Below, piece by piece: positions 11,454 to 22,532 of a stretch of 64,000 nucleotides of DNA. The position numbers and the translations under genes are program-made. The notes under the pieces are model-generated. The model ran no database searches, was not told the DNA's origin, and worked only from the letters and a program-made list of their open reading frames with translations. Where the stretch lies: contig JBOEGD010000002.1 in assembly GCA_050633245.1 (NCBI GenBank), positions 151,006 through 215,005 of the forward strand, given 5' to 3'. The DNA is from Calditrichia bacterium. GTDB lineage: Bacteria > Calditrichota > Calditrichia > RBG-13-44-9 > J075. Every line of letters begins with the position of its first letter. The stretch's first letter is position 1.

Positions 11454-12317
11454 TCAGGATGAGGCTTTGAGGGCCTCAGCACCACCGACAATCTCGAGAA
11501 TCTCGGTCGTAATTGCTGCCTGGCGAGCCTTGTTAAACTGCAGCGTCAGATCGCGGATCAGATCGTTTGCATTTTCCGTGGCATTTTCCATGGCAATCAT
11601 TCGGGCCGCCTGCTCGGAAGCAAATGACTCGAGCAATGCACGCCAGATCTGAGTATTTAAATATCTGGGCAGCAGCGCTTTCAAAATTTCAACCTGACCC
11701 GGCTCGTAGAGATATTCCGTTGATGATACTTCTTCGAGTTCATCTACGTTTACCGGTAATAATGAAGAGACGACCAGTTGCTGAGAGCCAACGGACTTAA
11801 ATTCATTATAAATAAGCTTTACGGAGTCAAACTCCTCTCCCACGAATGCGTCTACAACTTCATTACAAATCGTCTGCGCATTGGTAAAGTCGAGTGTTTG
11901 AAATATCTGCACATGGCTTTTGTAAACGCTGTAGTCACGCTTACTAAAAAACTCATGAATTTTCTTGCCAACGCAAAGCAGACTAACCTGCTTATCGCTA
12001 TGCTTGCTGACTTCCTGCTGTGCGGCCTTAATAACATTACTGTTAAAGGCACCACAGAGTCCCTTATCAGCTGCCACAACAACCAGCAGCATTTTTTCTT
12101 CGGGACGTACGGAAAGCAGTGGAGAATCTGGATTGTCCACGCTTGCCGCAAGATTCTGAATCAGCTCTTTTATTTTGGTCGCATACGGTCTTGCCGACAG
12201 CATGCGATCCTGAGCGCGACGCATCTTGGCAGCCGCCACCATTTTCATGGCCTTGGTAATCTGCTGGGTGTTTTTCACACCCTTGATACGACCGCGTATT
12301 TCTCGTAGAGTTGCCAT
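11454..12317 (-). CDS. atpG: ATP synthase F1 gamma subunit
   Basis: ITKAMKMVAAAK, DKGLCGAFN, RQAAITTEILEIVGGA. Confidence 0.99.
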   Translation of the reverse strand: MATLREIRGRIKGVKNTQQITKAMKMVAAAKMRRAQDRMLSARPYATKIKELIQNLAASVDNPDSPLLSVRPEEKMLLVVVAADKGLCGAFNSNVIKAAQQEVSKHSDKQVSLLCVGKKIHEFFSKRDYSVYKSHVQIFQTLDFTNAQTICNEVVDAFVGEEFDSVKLIYNEFKSVGSQQLVVSSLLPVNVDELEEVSSTEYLYEPGQVEILKALLPRYLNTQIWRALLESFASEQAARMIAMENATENANDLIRDLTLQFNKARQAAITTEILEIVGGAEALKASS

Positions 12318-12323
12318 TCGCTC

Positions 12324-13859
12324 TTATCCTTCCGCCTTAAAGGTTTTCAGGAAGTTGGTGAGCGCTTCGTCCAATGTAGCGGTAATTGCATCGGTGAGCT
12401 TTTGCTCCTTAACAATATCACCTAGTACGTTGGCGTGCTTGGCTTCGAGATAATTGACAAATTCTTCCTGGAAACGCTTTACGGCTTCTACAGGAATCTC
12501 ATCCAGATAGCCTTTTGTTCCGGCATATAGCAACACAACCTGCTGCTGAGTCGACATCGGCACATACTGTCCCTGCTTCAGCAACTCAACCAGACGCGCA
12601 CCGCGTGTCAGCTGATCCTGCGTTGTTTTATCAAGGTCAGAACCAAATTTGGCAAAAGCTTCCAAAGCGCGATACTGAGCCAAATCGAGGCGCAGCGTTC
12701 CGGCAACCTGCTTCATCGCTTTAATCTGGGCAGCACCACCTACACGACTTACCGAGATACCAACATTCACAGCCGGTCGCTGACCCGCGTAGAACAAGTT
12801 GGGTTCGAGATAAATCTGACCATCGGTAATCGAAATTACGTTGGTTGGAATATAAGCAGATACGTCACCGGCCTGAGTTTCGATGATTGGCAACGCGGTT
12901 AATGAACCGGCACCTTTGTCATCACTCACCTTGGCGGCGCGCTCAAGCAAACGACTGTGCAGATAGAAAACGTCACCTGGATAGGCTTCGCGGCCCGGCG
13001 GGCGACGCAGCAACAGTGACATCTGGCGATAAGCATTGGCATGTTTAGACAAATCATCGTAAACGATAAGTGCATGCATACCATTATCGCGAAAGTATTC
13101 ACCCATCGTGGCGCCGGTAAACGGAGCCATATATTGTAGCGCGGCAGACTCGGAAGCGTTGGCCTGCACAACAATTGTGTAGTCCATTGCTCCGTTATCT
13201 TCCAGTGTCTTTACAACACGGGCTACGGTAGAGGCTTTTTGTCCGACGGCAACATAAATACAGTATACCGGCGAATCGCCTTTGTGGGTGTCTTTTTGAT
13301 TGATGATGGTATCGATGGCAACAGCGGTTTTACCCACCTGTCGGTCACCAATAATCAGCTCGCGCTGTCCGCGGCCAATAGGAATCATCGAGTCGATAGC
13401 TTTAAGTCCGGTTTGTAGCGGCTCGTGCACAGATTGGCGAAAAATAACGCCCGGTGCCTTACGCTCTACTTCCAGAAATTCTTTGGCGTCAATCGGTCCG
13501 CGCCCATCCTGTGGTTGTCCAAGAGGATTTACCACACGTCCCAGCAGCTCTTTACCTACCGGAACCTGAACGATGCGCCCCGTGCGCTTTACAGTTTCAC
13601 CTTCTTTTACTTCGCGGTCTTCACCGAGAATTACCGCACCGACGCTGTCTTCTTCAAGGTTAAGAACCATGCCGTTAACGCCGGAGTCAAAACTAACCAG
13701 CTCCCCGGCCATTACGCTTTCCAAACCGTAAATACGCGCAATACCGTCACCTACCTGCAGTACGGTACCAACTTCATAAGCATCGGCCTTCTTCTCGAAA
13801 CCTTCCAGCTGCTTTTTAATAATAGCAGAGATTTCTTCCGGTTTTACATCAACGGCCAT
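12324..13859 (-). CDS. atpA: ATP synthase F1 alpha subunit
   Basis: [31 protein letters not shown]. Confidence 0.99.
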   Translation of the reverse strand: MAVDVKPEEISAIIKKQLEGFEKKADAYEVGTVLQVGDGIARIYGLESVMAGELVSFDSGVNGMVLNLEEDSVGAVILGEDREVKEGETVKRTGRIVQVPVGKELLGRVVNPLGQPQDGRGPIDAKEFLEVERKAPGVIFRQSVHEPLQTGLKAIDSMIPIGRGQRELIIGDRQVGKTAVAIDTIINQKDTHKGDSPVYCIYVAVGQKASTVARVVKTLEDNGAMDYTIVVQANASESAALQYMAPFTGATMGEYFRDNGMHALIVYDDLSKHANAYRQMSLLLRRPPGREAYPGDVFYLHSRLLERAAKVSDDKGAGSLTALPIIETQAGDVSAYIPTNVISITDGQIYLEPNLFYAGQRPAVNVGISVSRVGGAAQIKAMKQVAGTLRLDLAQYRALEAFAKFGSDLDKTTQDQLTRGARLVELLKQGQYVPMSTQQQVVLLYAGTKGYLDEIPVEAVKRFQEEFVNYLEAKHANVLGDIVKEQKLTDAITATLDEALTNFLKTFKAEG

Positions 13860-13888
13860 GTCTTTTTCCTCATTGCGTATGGTGTTTT

Positions 13889-14425
13889 CTACTGTGATAA
13901 ACTTTCTTTGAGCTTGCCGAGCTGGTGTTTAAGACTATTGTCATAAACCATGTCGTCAATTTGCACGACAAAACCACCCAGCAAACTTTCGTCGACCTGC
14001 TGCTCGAGCTGGACGTCTTTCGACGTCATGGAATCCAGCTTCTTCTTCAAATCAGCAAGCTGACCTGAAGACAGAGGAACGACACTTGAAACGGTGCCCC
14101 GCACCACCCCGTTACTTTCGTCGATCATGCGACGACATTCGTCGATGATCTGTATAAGCTCGGCCTCGCGGCCCTTTTTGATCAGGACGGACAAGAACTC
14201 GAAACTGAGTGGCTGAATTGACTTCTTAAAAGCCTTCTCGACCACATCCTGTTTCTTGTGTTTGGCGATTACCGGAGACGCAATTACCTCACGCAGTTCT
14301 TCAACGTTTTGGTAACTGGATTCCAGCATGTCCAAATCTGCTGCTACAGCAGCAACTTTCTTTTCCGAGAGCGCCAGCTCAAAGAGTGCTTTGGCGTAGC
14401 GCTTTGCAACACGAGACCTTCTCAC
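13889..14425 (-). CDS. atpH: ATP synthase delta subunit
   Basis: [11 protein letters not shown]-terminus, [12 protein letters not shown]-terminus; operon position. Confidence 0.96.
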   Translation of the reverse strand: MRRSRVAKRYAKALFELALSEKKVAAVAADLDMLESSYQNVEELREVIASPVIAKHKKQDVVEKAFKKSIQPLSFEFLSVLIKKGREAELIQIIDECRRMIDESNGVVRGTVSSVVPLSSGQLADLKKKLDSMTSKDVQLEQQVDESLLGGFVVQIDDMVYDNSLKHQLGKLKESLSQ

Positions 14426-14437
14426 GGAGTTTTCCTT

Positions 14438-14932
14438 TTAGTTTTTGCTGCCAATTTGAGCAATTGCATCATCGATAATCGATTCATGCTTCGACTTATC
14501 GACAACAACACCAAGCAGTTTTTGGGTAGCATCCACTACCACACCAGCAACTTCTTCTTTCAAAGAAGCAACTGCAGCCTGACGTTCTTTCTCAATATCA
14601 GCTTTTGCCCGCTCTACCAGCTTATCGGCGTCCTGCCGGGCCTGTTCTTTAATGTCAGTTGCTGCCTTTTCGGCAACGGCCTTGCTGTCTTTGAGCATCT
14701 GCTGAATTTCTTCCTGAGCCGATGCCAGCTTAACCTGATGATCAGCCATCATCTTTTCAGCTTCTGCCCGTTCTTTCTCAGCTTTTTCGAGCGCGTCACT
14801 AATTGTGCGCTCGCGTTCGCTAACAGCATTCATCAGAGGCTTCCATGCAACAGCCCTGAGTGCAATAAACAGGAAGACAAACGTCACCCAAGACCAGACG
14901 AGCATACCAGGATTTAGTTTTAACAGATCCAT
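14438..14932 (-). CDS. atpF: ATP synthase Fo b subunit
   Basis: N-terminal TM (…AWKPL) followed by long coiled coil. Confidence 0.96.
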   Translation of the reverse strand: MDLLKLNPGMLVWSWVTFVFLFIALRAVAWKPLMNAVSERERTISDALEKAEKERAEAEKMMADHQVKLASAQEEIQQMLKDSKAVAEKAATDIKEQARQDADKLVERAKADIEKERQAAVASLKEEVAGVVVDATQKLLGVVVDKSKHESIIDDAIAQIGSKN

Positions 14933-14962
14933 GGTTCATCCTTTTCGTTTGGGTATGTAGAT

Positions 14963-15193
14963 TTAGGCCTTTCCGCTAAGCAGAAAGCAGATAACCAGAC
15001 CGAAGAATGCCACACCCTCAATAAGAGCAGCAGCAATAATCATCGATGTACGGATATCGCCACCAGCCTCAGGCTGACGAGCAGTTCCTTCCATTGCCTG
15101 TCCACCAATACGTCCGATGCCCAAGCCCGTTCCAATAACGGATAAACCAGCGCCGATTCCGGCAGCTAACCAAGCCAATCCAGTTGCAGTCAT
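14963..15193 (-). CDS. atpE: ATP synthase Fo c subunit
   Basis: GxGxG helix, ARQPE loop, conserved Glu in AALIEG. Confidence 0.98.
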   Translation of the reverse strand: MTATGLAWLAAGIGAGLSVIGTGLGIGRIGGQAMEGTARQPEAGGDIRTSMIIAAALIEGVAFFGLVICFLLSGKA

Positions 15194-15305
15194 TACTTAT
15201 CTCCTTTTCAATTGAATCATAGGATTTTGATAGTTAATTCAAAATTATTAATAGCTATATAAAAGTTAGAAACATTTTTCACAAAGTCATATTAAAAAAA
15301 AGCGC

Positions 15306-16136
15306 TTAGTGATCGCCATGTGCTGCCATGCCGATAAACAAAGCACTCAACATCGTAAAGATATAAGCCTGTAGAAACGCAACAAACAGTTCCAGAAAGT
15401 TGATTATCAGTGCAAAAATGATTGATACCGGAGCAACGTAAATCGTCCCAAGCACGATAATAAGACCAAGCAGCGCATAAATAACCGTGTGACCGGCAAT
15501 CATATTGGCAAACAAACGCATGGCCAGAGCAAAAGGCTTGGTAAACAATCCAAGAATTTCAATCGGAACAATAATCACATAAAGCAGTGGCGGAACGCCG
15601 CTTGGTGCCAAATGTGCAAGATATCCCTTTACGCCATTGGAACGAATGGCTTCAATCTGCGTTACAAAGAATGTAATAAGCGCTAAACCGGCGGTTATTC
15701 CGATATTCGCCGTTGCAGTAGTAAACAGTGGAATCAGCCCCATTAGATTCATCGTGAGGATAAAAAAGAAAAATGTCGACAACAACGGCGTCAGGCGTGT
15801 GCCCAGGGTTTTCCCCATATTGGGAATTGCCATTTCATCGCGAATATAAAGCACCAGGGTTTCCAATACACCAGCGATTCCCCGCGGAACCAGCTTCGGC
15901 TTGCGAAACGCGACCCAAAAAACGGAGATCAGTATAAAACTGGCGATCCACATCATCAAAACGTGGCTGGTAATAGAAAAATCAAATGGAATGCCAAATA
16001 GCGTTACCGGCTCAAATTTCGGGAGGTGTGCTCCCAGCCAGGTATCCGTATCCTGAAGGTGATGCCCGATCCAATCGTTCAGCGTTTCATCTTCATGGCC
16101 GCCTTCGTCGCCCCCATAGGGCTTATACAAGCTCAT
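15306..16136 (-). CDS. atpB: ATP synthase Fo a subunit
   Basis: KPFALAMRLFANMIAGH, ELFVAFLQAYIF. Confidence 0.98.
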   Translation of the reverse strand: MSLYKPYGGDEGGHEDETLNDWIGHHLQDTDTWLGAHLPKFEPVTLFGIPFDFSITSHVLMMWIASFILISVFWVAFRKPKLVPRGIAGVLETLVLYIRDEMAIPNMGKTLGTRLTPLLSTFFFFILTMNLMGLIPLFTTATANIGITAGLALITFFVTQIEAIRSNGVKGYLAHLAPSGVPPLLYVIIVPIEILGLFTKPFALAMRLFANMIAGHTVIYALLGLIIVLGTIYVAPVSIIFALIINFLELFVAFLQAYIFTMLSALFIGMAAHGDH

Positions 16137-16522
16137 TTTGCTTTCCTTTCAGCATTCGTAGATAAATGCAAATAAACAACTTCAAGTCCCAAATAAACAA
16201 AATAGGAGCCCACCAGTGTGCTAATTAGCGGTAGCTCCCTTAACTTGAGCGCCCATATTAAAACAAATAATAGGGCAAAAATCAACAAAAATCTCAAAAT
16301 CATACTTCCGAAGACAGAAGCCATGAACTCGTTATGGGAACGCCTGATGCCCCACGCCATGATAGCGTAGCCAATAAGCGCATTCACATATCCGATAGCA
16401 AGGCCTGCTGCAGCGGCAATACCGTCGTCAAGATCACCAAGTTGGTAGATCGCCAGTGCCGTAATACCGGCACAAAAAAAAAGCACTGCAGTGCAGAGCA
16501 GAAAATATCGAATTGAATTCAT
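16133..16522 (-). CDS. atpI: ATP synthase protein I-like membrane protein
   Basis: Four TM helices; overlaps atpB start by 4 nt. Confidence 0.7.
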   Translation of the reverse strand: MNSIRYFLLCTAVLFFCAGITALAIYQLGDLDDGIAAAAGLAIGYVNALIGYAIMAWGIRRSHNEFMASVFGSMILRFLLIFALLFVLIWALKLRELPLISTLVGSYFVYLGLEVVYLHLSTNAERKAK

Positions 16523-16797
16523 TTATTAATCGTTCGATTGCCTGGAGACTTTAGTACAACTTTAAATAAATGGTAAAAACCGGCTGCTAATCCCAAAAGA
16601 ATGCCTGTCAAACTCATATACGAGCCGGTATCCCAGCGTGCATCAAGCCACGTCCCTAACCAATACATCAGCAACATACTCCCCAAAAACGTGTAGGGTA
16701 TATTTAAATACGGTGCCAGTTGACGTAGCTCTTTATGATGTGAAGAAGGCGTGGACTGCCCGGAATCGGAATTATTTGATTCCTTGTTTTTGGACAT
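16519..16797 (-). CDS. AtpZ/AtpI-family small membrane protein
   Basis: LGTWLDARWDT...GILLG pattern; two TM helices; head of the atp operon. Confidence 0.8.
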   Translation of the reverse strand: MSKNKESNNSDSGQSTPSSHHKELRQLAPYLNIPYTFLGSMLLMYWLGTWLDARWDTGSYMSLTGILLGLAAGFYHLFKVVLKSPGNRTINK

Positions 16798-17221
16798 TTC
16801 CTACGTTCTCTTTCGAGTTGTCTTTGTCGAAAATACTTTTCTTGCCATTGTTGCTCAGGTTCAGCTTGTTACCGCCACCCATTTGGGAATTGCCGTTAAA
16901 GAAAGCACCTTCATCGATAATCAGCTTACCGGTGCTTACATTTCCGTTCAGGGATGAGGTGGACTCAAGGGTCAGTTTTTGTTCGATAACAACATCACCT
17001 TCAATTTTACCACCAACGACCGCATTCTTGGCATAAAGTTCGCCGGTTACCTGTCCGGTAGAGCCGATGGTCACGCGCTCGCTGCTTCTCACGGTGCCTT
17101 TAACCTTGCCGTCGATACGTATACTGCCTTTGGTTTCAATCTTGCCTTCCAGATAGGTTCCTGAGCCAATGAGGTTTAATTGATCAGAACTGCCTTCGCT
17201 GGTTTTCATCTTAAGAGCCAT
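16772..17221 (-). CDS. Bactofilin (polymer-forming cytoskeletal protein, CcmA family)
   Basis: LIGSGTYLEGKI...IRIDGKVKG...IIDEGAFFNGNSQM beta-helix repeats. Confidence 0.93.
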   Translation of the reverse strand: MALKMKTSEGSSDQLNLIGSGTYLEGKIETKGSIRIDGKVKGTVRSSERVTIGSTGQVTGELYAKNAVVGGKIEGDVVIEQKLTLESTSSLNGNVSTGKLIIDEGAFFNGNSQMGGGNKLNLSNNGKKSIFDKDNSKENVGNVQKQGIK

Positions 17222-17223
17222 GC

Positions 17224-18021
17224 TTATTCTCCTACATTGGTATCTAAATCTTTCAAATAAAGCCGTGGATTAACCGGCTTGCCATTTTTCCATATTTCAT
17301 AGTGCAAATGAGGTCCCGAAGATCCTTCTCCGCTATTACCCAGCAGAGCAATAACTTCGCCCTGCTTTATTTGCTGATTTTCCGCAACCAGATTGCGCTG
17401 GTTATGACGGTAAAAGGTCAGGTAGCCATCGGTATGATAAAGCGCGACGGTATAGCCTTTGTCGTAAGTCCAACCGCTGAAAATAACCACACCATCAGCC
17501 GCAGCATGAATCGGTGTTCCTTCCGTTGCAACAATATCAATTCCGTAGTGAAAGGGCCAGCGATATTCCTGTGAGGGAAATCCGCTAACCGGTGTTTTAA
17601 GCGGAACAGATTTCGACAATGACGAGTTTCGGGCGTCCGGCTTAATCAATTCACTCTCTGATATAACCGGCTCATTACCGCCATCGGTAAACTTTACGTA
17701 GCCTTGTAAACTGTTGCGAACCTTATCGTTATAGCTTCGCAGCAGATTCAATTCCGTCTCAAGCTGATTCACTTTTTTCAGCTGGTCCCTTAGATCAACA
17801 TTTTCCAGTTCCAATGTGTTTTTCTCAGTTGCTGCCTGATAAACCTGGCTATAGGTAACAATGCCATAAAGCATGGCAATTGCAAATACACCCAACCCAA
17901 TCAGTAGAGCATTAAGAGAAGCGTAGCGAATCCGGAAGTTTTTTGGGGTTGCCTCATTATCAGGGATAAGCAGAATATTCAGCGTTTTTTTACTTTTTTT
18001 TCGCAACGATGACCCCGACAA
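17224..18021 (-). CDS. M23-family peptidoglycan peptidase with TM anchor and coiled coil
   Basis: HYGID (HxxxD) and GPHLHYE (HxH) zinc motifs. Confidence 0.93.
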   Translation of the reverse strand: MSGSSLRKKSKKTLNILLIPDNEATPKNFRIRYASLNALLIGLGVFAIAMLYGIVTYSQVYQAATEKNTLELENVDLRDQLKKVNQLETELNLLRSYNDKVRNSLQGYVKFTDGGNEPVISESELIKPDARNSSLSKSVPLKTPVSGFPSQEYRWPFHYGIDIVATEGTPIHAAADGVVIFSGWTYDKGYTVALYHTDGYLTFYRHNQRNLVAENQQIKQGEVIALLGNSGEGSSGPHLHYEIWKNGKPVNPRLYLKDLDTNVGE

Positions 18022-18024
18022 ATA

Positions 18025-18903
18025 CTATAGTTTGATCCCCTCAAAGATATCCATTAATCGTTCCATGTCTTCGGAGGAATAAAATACAATTTCTATGGTT
18101 CCGCCTTCTTTTTTCGGGCGAACCTTCACCATCGTTCCCAGCTTTTCACGCAGCTTGTCTTCTGATTTTGCCAGATAAGAAGACTTGCGGGAGTTGACGG
18201 CTTTATCTTGCTTATTTTTATGCTTGTCCGACTGCTTGCGCACCAACTGCTCGACGCTGCGTACGGACAAAGATTCTTTAATGGTCTTTAACCAAATTCG
18301 TTCCTGATTCTTTTTATCAGACACACCAAGCAATGCTCTGGCATGTCCTTCACGAATCTCGCCGTGACGTAAACTTTCCTGCAGCTTCGGCGGAAGCTTT
18401 AAAAGACGGATGGCGTTTGCAACCGTGGTGCGATCTTTACCAATCTTTTTGGCTACTTCTTCCTGTGTCAGACCACATTCATCGATGAGGCGTTGATAGC
18501 CCATACCAAGATCAATGGGATTGAGATGTTCACGCTGCACGTTCTCAATGAGCGCAATCTCGAGCATTTCTTCATCGGTGTCAATTTGCTTTACGTAGGC
18601 CGGAATGTGCTTAATGCCTAAATCCAGCGATGCACGTAATCGTCGTTCTCCGGCAACAACCTGATAACGTCCCTCACCAATAGAACGCACCAGAATCGGC
18701 TGAATAACGCCCTTCTCCTCGATCGAACGCTTGAGATCCTGAAACGACTCCTCTTCAAAAATAATGCGCGGCTGAAAAGGATTCGCCTCAATGAGCGCAA
18801 CATCGAGCTCGGAGATTGAGGCCGTAGGAGCTGAACGGTCATCCGTTGAGCTCGCCGGGATTAGTGCTTCAAGGCCTTTTCCAAGGCGGGCTTTACTTTT
18901 CAT
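18025..18903 (-). CDS. parB: Chromosome partitioning protein ParB
   Basis: [23 protein letters not shown] CTPase motif, ENVQRE, HTH. Confidence 0.97.
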   Translation of the reverse strand: MKSKARLGKGLEALIPASSTDDRSAPTASISELDVALIEANPFQPRIIFEEESFQDLKRSIEEKGVIQPILVRSIGEGRYQVVAGERRLRASLDLGIKHIPAYVKQIDTDEEMLEIALIENVQREHLNPIDLGMGYQRLIDECGLTQEEVAKKIGKDRTTVANAIRLLKLPPKLQESLRHGEIREGHARALLGVSDKKNQERIWLKTIKESLSVRSVEQLVRKQSDKHKNKQDKAVNSRKSSYLAKSEDKLREKLGTMVKVRPKKEGGTIEIVFYSSEDMERLMDIFEGIKL

Positions 18904-19667
18904 TGCTGCAGAACTTCCTCTGCAAGTTTCATGTAATTCTGTGCCCCGGTAGACGCTGCATCAAACATAATGATAGGCAACCCGAAACTCGGAGCCTCGC
19001 TCAAACGCACATTACGCATAATTGTGGTTGAAAAGACTTTTTCTTTAAAGTATTTGCGAACTTCCTGCTCTACCTGCATGCAAAGGTTCAGTCGGCCATC
19101 ATACATCGTCAGTAGAACACCGTAGATATCCAGGCGCTTATTCAGATGCTTTTGCACAAGCTTAACGGTGTTTAACAGCTTACTTAGTCCTTCAAGTGCA
19201 TAATACTCGCACTGAATCGGAATAAGCACACTGTCTGCAGCGGTAAGTGCATTTAGCGTCAAAATACCCAGTGATGGCGGACAATCAATGATAATATAGT
19301 CATATTCATCACGTGGACCCTGAAGTGCATCACGCAAGATCTTTTCGCGCGCAATAACCTGAACCAGCTCAACCTCGGTTCCGACCAAATTAATGTGCGA
19401 AGGGATCAGGCTTAAATTCGGCACCTTGGTAGTCATGATAACATTTTCGATATTCTCTTCGTTTACGAGAACATCATACATGCTATGTTCAAGATCCCGC
19501 GTGTCAATTCCCAGTCCGGAAGTGGCATTCGCTTGAGGATCAATATCAATGAGCAACACTTTCTTTTCGGCTATCGCCAGGCATGAAGCCAGGTTCACTG
19601 CCGTTGTTGTTTTACCTACTCCACCCTTCTGATTCGCAACTGCTACTACTTCGGCCATAATACCCAC
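18900..19667 (-). CDS. parA: Chromosome partitioning ATPase ParA/Soj
   Basis: [12 protein letters not shown] deviant Walker [16 protein letters not shown]. Confidence 0.97.
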   Translation of the reverse strand: MGIMAEVVAVANQKGGVGKTTTAVNLASCLAIAEKKVLLIDIDPQANATSGLGIDTRDLEHSMYDVLVNEENIENVIMTTKVPNLSLIPSHINLVGTEVELVQVIAREKILRDALQGPRDEYDYIIIDCPPSLGILTLNALTAADSVLIPIQCEYYALEGLSKLLNTVKLVQKHLNKRLDIYGVLLTMYDGRLNLCMQVEQEVRKYFKEKVFSTTIMRNVRLSEAPSFGLPIIMFDAASTGAQNYMKLAEEVLQQ

Positions 19668-19985
19668 ATCGTTTTATTTTTGCTGAATATAACCGTTCTG
19701 CGCTGCCCGGACAAATGGCCAGACAGACAAACAGAAGAAGGAAAATATTGTTTTTAATCGCTTTAGGCTGTCAAAAAAAGTGTGTCTGCGGCGATTTAAA
19801 GACTCGGCTATATGAATTCTTCTACAGCGAAAGGAGTCAGGCATAAAACTTAGACTATATTCGCACCAAAATCAACATCTTATTGTGATCCGTGTGGGAA
19901 TTGGTGATTTGTGAATTATGAGTGGCAGTCGGCAGTCTACGACAAAAGTCTTTGCGTCACTCAGTTCTATTCTGAGTTCTTAAAC

Positions 19986-20105
19986 GTGAAACGTGAAAAG
20001 TGAAAAGTGAAACAGGCAATAGAGCAATTAGGCAATTCTATACATCTCCCACTCACCCGCTCTCCCCTTCACCCGTTCATTTTTCTGTGTTCTGTGTTCT
20101 GTGCT
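19986..20105. repeat. Cluster of short degenerate tandem repeats
   Basis: GTGAAAM x4 (19986-20013), AGGCAATT-like x3 (20014-20037), TTCTGTG x3 (about 20083-20105) in the intergenic region upstream of parA. Confidence 0.8.
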
Positions 20106-20110
20106 CCGAA

Positions 20111-21202
20111 TTACTTCCCAGCCGCTCGCTCTCGGTTTATGCGCTGACGTAATTCCGCAGCTTCTTCATATTTGTTTTTTGTCCGCTTCTTCATTTCCTT
20201 GTTCAGCCGTAAGGCCGAGAGTTCAGCAAGGTAAGTTTCTGCATCCTGATAATCTCCGCGGTTAACGCAGATCTCAGCCAGGCGCAATAAGCAGATAGTT
20301 TCATTGTAATGATTATTCAGGCTATCGGCACGAAGCTCCTTTAGCAGACCTGTGAAGAGCCGCTCGGTTTCATGCGGTATCCCGGCTTTACGGTAAATAG
20401 ACACCAGCGTCCACTTAAAAAAACGACTGTTTGGATACAATGCATGATTATCCAGCGCCAGCTTTAGCGCGCCTTCATGATCCCCGTTGTCGAGAAGAAT
20501 CCAAGCGAGTTGATCAGCGCCAACAAGCGGCACAAAACGTCCCTTTGCCATGGCTTTTTGCACCATCTCAATCCCCAGTTCGCGTTCATCGCTGATAAAC
20601 GGCAGCCAGGTTAATGAGCGCGCCTTACTGCTCTTCCAGTATTTAAAGCTTCCAACCCCCAAATAGGCGTCATAAAATGTACTGTCAAGCTCAATCACCT
20701 TTTCTAAAGCCTTCACACCGGCCCGGGCATCGCGATAAGCGCTCCACATACTGCCCTTCTTATTATTCATAAAGCTGCTGTAGAGGTGGGCACTTCCTTC
20801 AAAAAAGAGCGGCCATGTTTTATCGCCGGAGCGATTGATTGCCTTACTTTTTTCGCGACAGAGCTTCAGGTATTTTTCAAACTCTGATACGCGACTAAAA
20901 TTTTCGGCATCCAGCATTTTTGCCTGCAAACTCGCAGCATAATAAAAATATCCGACCGGGTGCTCGGGGTACCGTTCAACAATATCGCTGAAGGTTGTTA
21001 AGGCGGTGTCGAAATCGTTTAGGATCGTTGCTTCCATTCCCTGTTGAATCTGAGACTCAAGCTCCGCAACCACCGGGTCGACAGGCGGTTCAATTGCATG
21101 AAGCGCGCTGGCGACAAAGAGCACCATCAATAGGAGCAAAAACTTATGTCGTTTTTTGAATATACAGGATATCCGTTTAAGCACTTTTTTCATTTCCTTC
21201 AA
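20111..21202 (-). CDS. Secreted TPR-like helical protein
   Basis: Signal-like hydrophobic segment; TPR-like AGVKALEKVIELDSTFYDAYLGVG. Confidence 0.7.
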   Translation of the reverse strand: MKEMKKVLKRISCIFKKRHKFLLLLMVLFVASALHAIEPPVDPVVAELESQIQQGMEATILNDFDTALTTFSDIVERYPEHPVGYFYYAASLQAKMLDAENFSRVSEFEKYLKLCREKSKAINRSGDKTWPLFFEGSAHLYSSFMNNKKGSMWSAYRDARAGVKALEKVIELDSTFYDAYLGVGSFKYWKSSKARSLTWLPFISDERELGIEMVQKAMAKGRFVPLVGADQLAWILLDNGDHEGALKLALDNHALYPNSRFFKWTLVSIYRKAGIPHETERLFTGLLKELRADSLNNHYNETICLLRLAEICVNRGDYQDAETYLAELSALRLNKEMKKRTKNKYEEAAELRQRINRERAAGK

Positions 21203-22532
21203 TATCTACCACACGTAACGTCTCAAATCGCCCTAGCTGCGGAATAACCGTCTCGGCATCCCCAACAACAACGATTTGCATACGCTGCTCGGTAAGGAAT
21301 TCTTGTGCAGTTTGCTGCACATCTTCCACAGTAACAGTTTCCAGATCATCCAGATAGCGATTCCAATAATTATCGCTGAAGCCATAGAGCGACTGTAGAA
21401 GAAATAAATTTGCCATGCCGGACGGCGTTTCACAACGCATCGGAAAAGCTCCGGCCAAATAGCGCTTGGCGCTCTGCAACTCGGCGGCGCTTGCGCGTGA
21501 ATCGCGCATGCGTGCAAACTCATCAAGGAAACCATCAATGGCTTCACCGGTTGAATCGCTACGCACCTCGGCTGAAGCAATCCAGCTTCCCGTGTCGCAA
21601 TAGACATCCAGCGAGCTGTAGGCGCCATAAGTAAGCCCCTTCTCTTCCCGCAGCGTTAAAAATAGTCGTCCGCTGCTGCCGCCGCCAAGAATTTGATTGC
21701 TAACCAGCGTTCGGCTATAGCGTTCATCTTTACGAGCGAACAACGGAACACCAAAAGATACGCTGCTCTGCACTGAACCGGGGCGATCGATAAATAGCAC
21801 GTCGGGCACGTAGATTGGTTCCGTGTTCAAGTCTATAATGGGAGCCGTACCCTGCCAGTTGGAAAATGCTTTCGCTGCCAAATCCATCGCTTGCTTCTCG
21901 GATATATTTCCGGCAATTACAACGAAAGAACCCGAGGGTTTTATATTGGCTTGATGAAGCTGTTGAAGGCCTTGTGGATTAATTGCGGCCAGTGTTTCCG
22001 CATCGGGAAAGTTTCCATACGCATGCGGCGAATACAGCTGACGCGCCATAAATTTCCGTCCAATATATGCGGAAGAACTCTTCTCATTTTCTAAATTTAC
22101 GATAGCGCGTTCCAGTTCGAGCGCAACTTCCTTCTCCGGAAAAACCGGATTGCAGAACATATCGGCAAGAAGCTCGAGTCCGGTTTCGGCAAATTCGCTT
22201 AAAAATTCGCCATAGCCATAAAAAAAGTCTTTAGACGTACTCGCCCCCAATGATCCACCGGTAAAGTCGATTTCTTCAACAAACTGCTGATAATTTCGAC
22301 TCCGGGTTCCTTTTTTCATCAAGGTGCTCATCATGTCCATACTGCCGGACAGCCCTTGCGGATCCAGTTTTTCACCAGCCAATAAACCCACTCGGTAATA
22401 GATCTTAGGAATATCAGACCGTTCGAAACTGATCACGGTTAAACCATTGGGCAGAGTGTTCACAGCGGCGTTGGGAAGGTGAAACTCCAGCATATTTTCA
22501 TCAATTGGTGGTTGCAGGCGTCTATTTATCAT
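21177..22532 (-). CDS. M16 (pitrilysin/insulinase) family protein, non-catalytic subunit
   Basis: TLPNGL start, SSGRLFLTLREEKGLTYG motif; lacks HxxEH. Confidence 0.88.
   Translation of the reverse strand: MINRRLQPPIDENMLEFHLPNAAVNTLPNGLTVISFERSDIPKIYYRVGLLAGEKLDPQGLSGSMDMMSTLMKKGTRSRNYQQFVEEIDFTGGSLGASTSKDFFYGYGEFLSEFAETGLELLADMFCNPVFPEKEVALELERAIVNLENEKSSSAYIGRKFMARQLYSPHAYGNFPDAETLAAINPQGLQQLHQANIKPSGSFVVIAGNISEKQAMDLAAKAFSNWQGTAPIIDLNTEPIYVPDVLFIDRPGSVQSSVSFGVPLFARKDERYSRTLVSNQILGGGSSGRLFLTLREEKGLTYGAYSSLDVYCDTGSWIASAEVRSDSTGEAIDGFLDEFARMRDSRASAAELQSAKRYLAGAFPMRCETPSGMANLFLLQSLYGFSDNYWNRYLDDLETVTVEDVQQTAQEFLTEQRMQIVVVGDAETVIPQLGRFETLRVVDIEGNEKSA

Noticed and set aside
16474-16482. A9 homopolymer in atpI as a phase-variation tract
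   Set aside because: In frame (encodes Leu-Phe-Phe in a TM helix) within an essential operon; no sign of frameshift.
19982-20014. Possible parS site upstream of parA (CGTGAAAC half-sites)
   Set aside because: Only direct repeats of a half-site; the palindromic TGTTTCACGTGAAACA consensus is not formed.
19668-20110. Possible oriC next to parAB
   Set aside because: No cluster of TTATCCACA-like DnaA boxes seen, and dnaA is not in the window.
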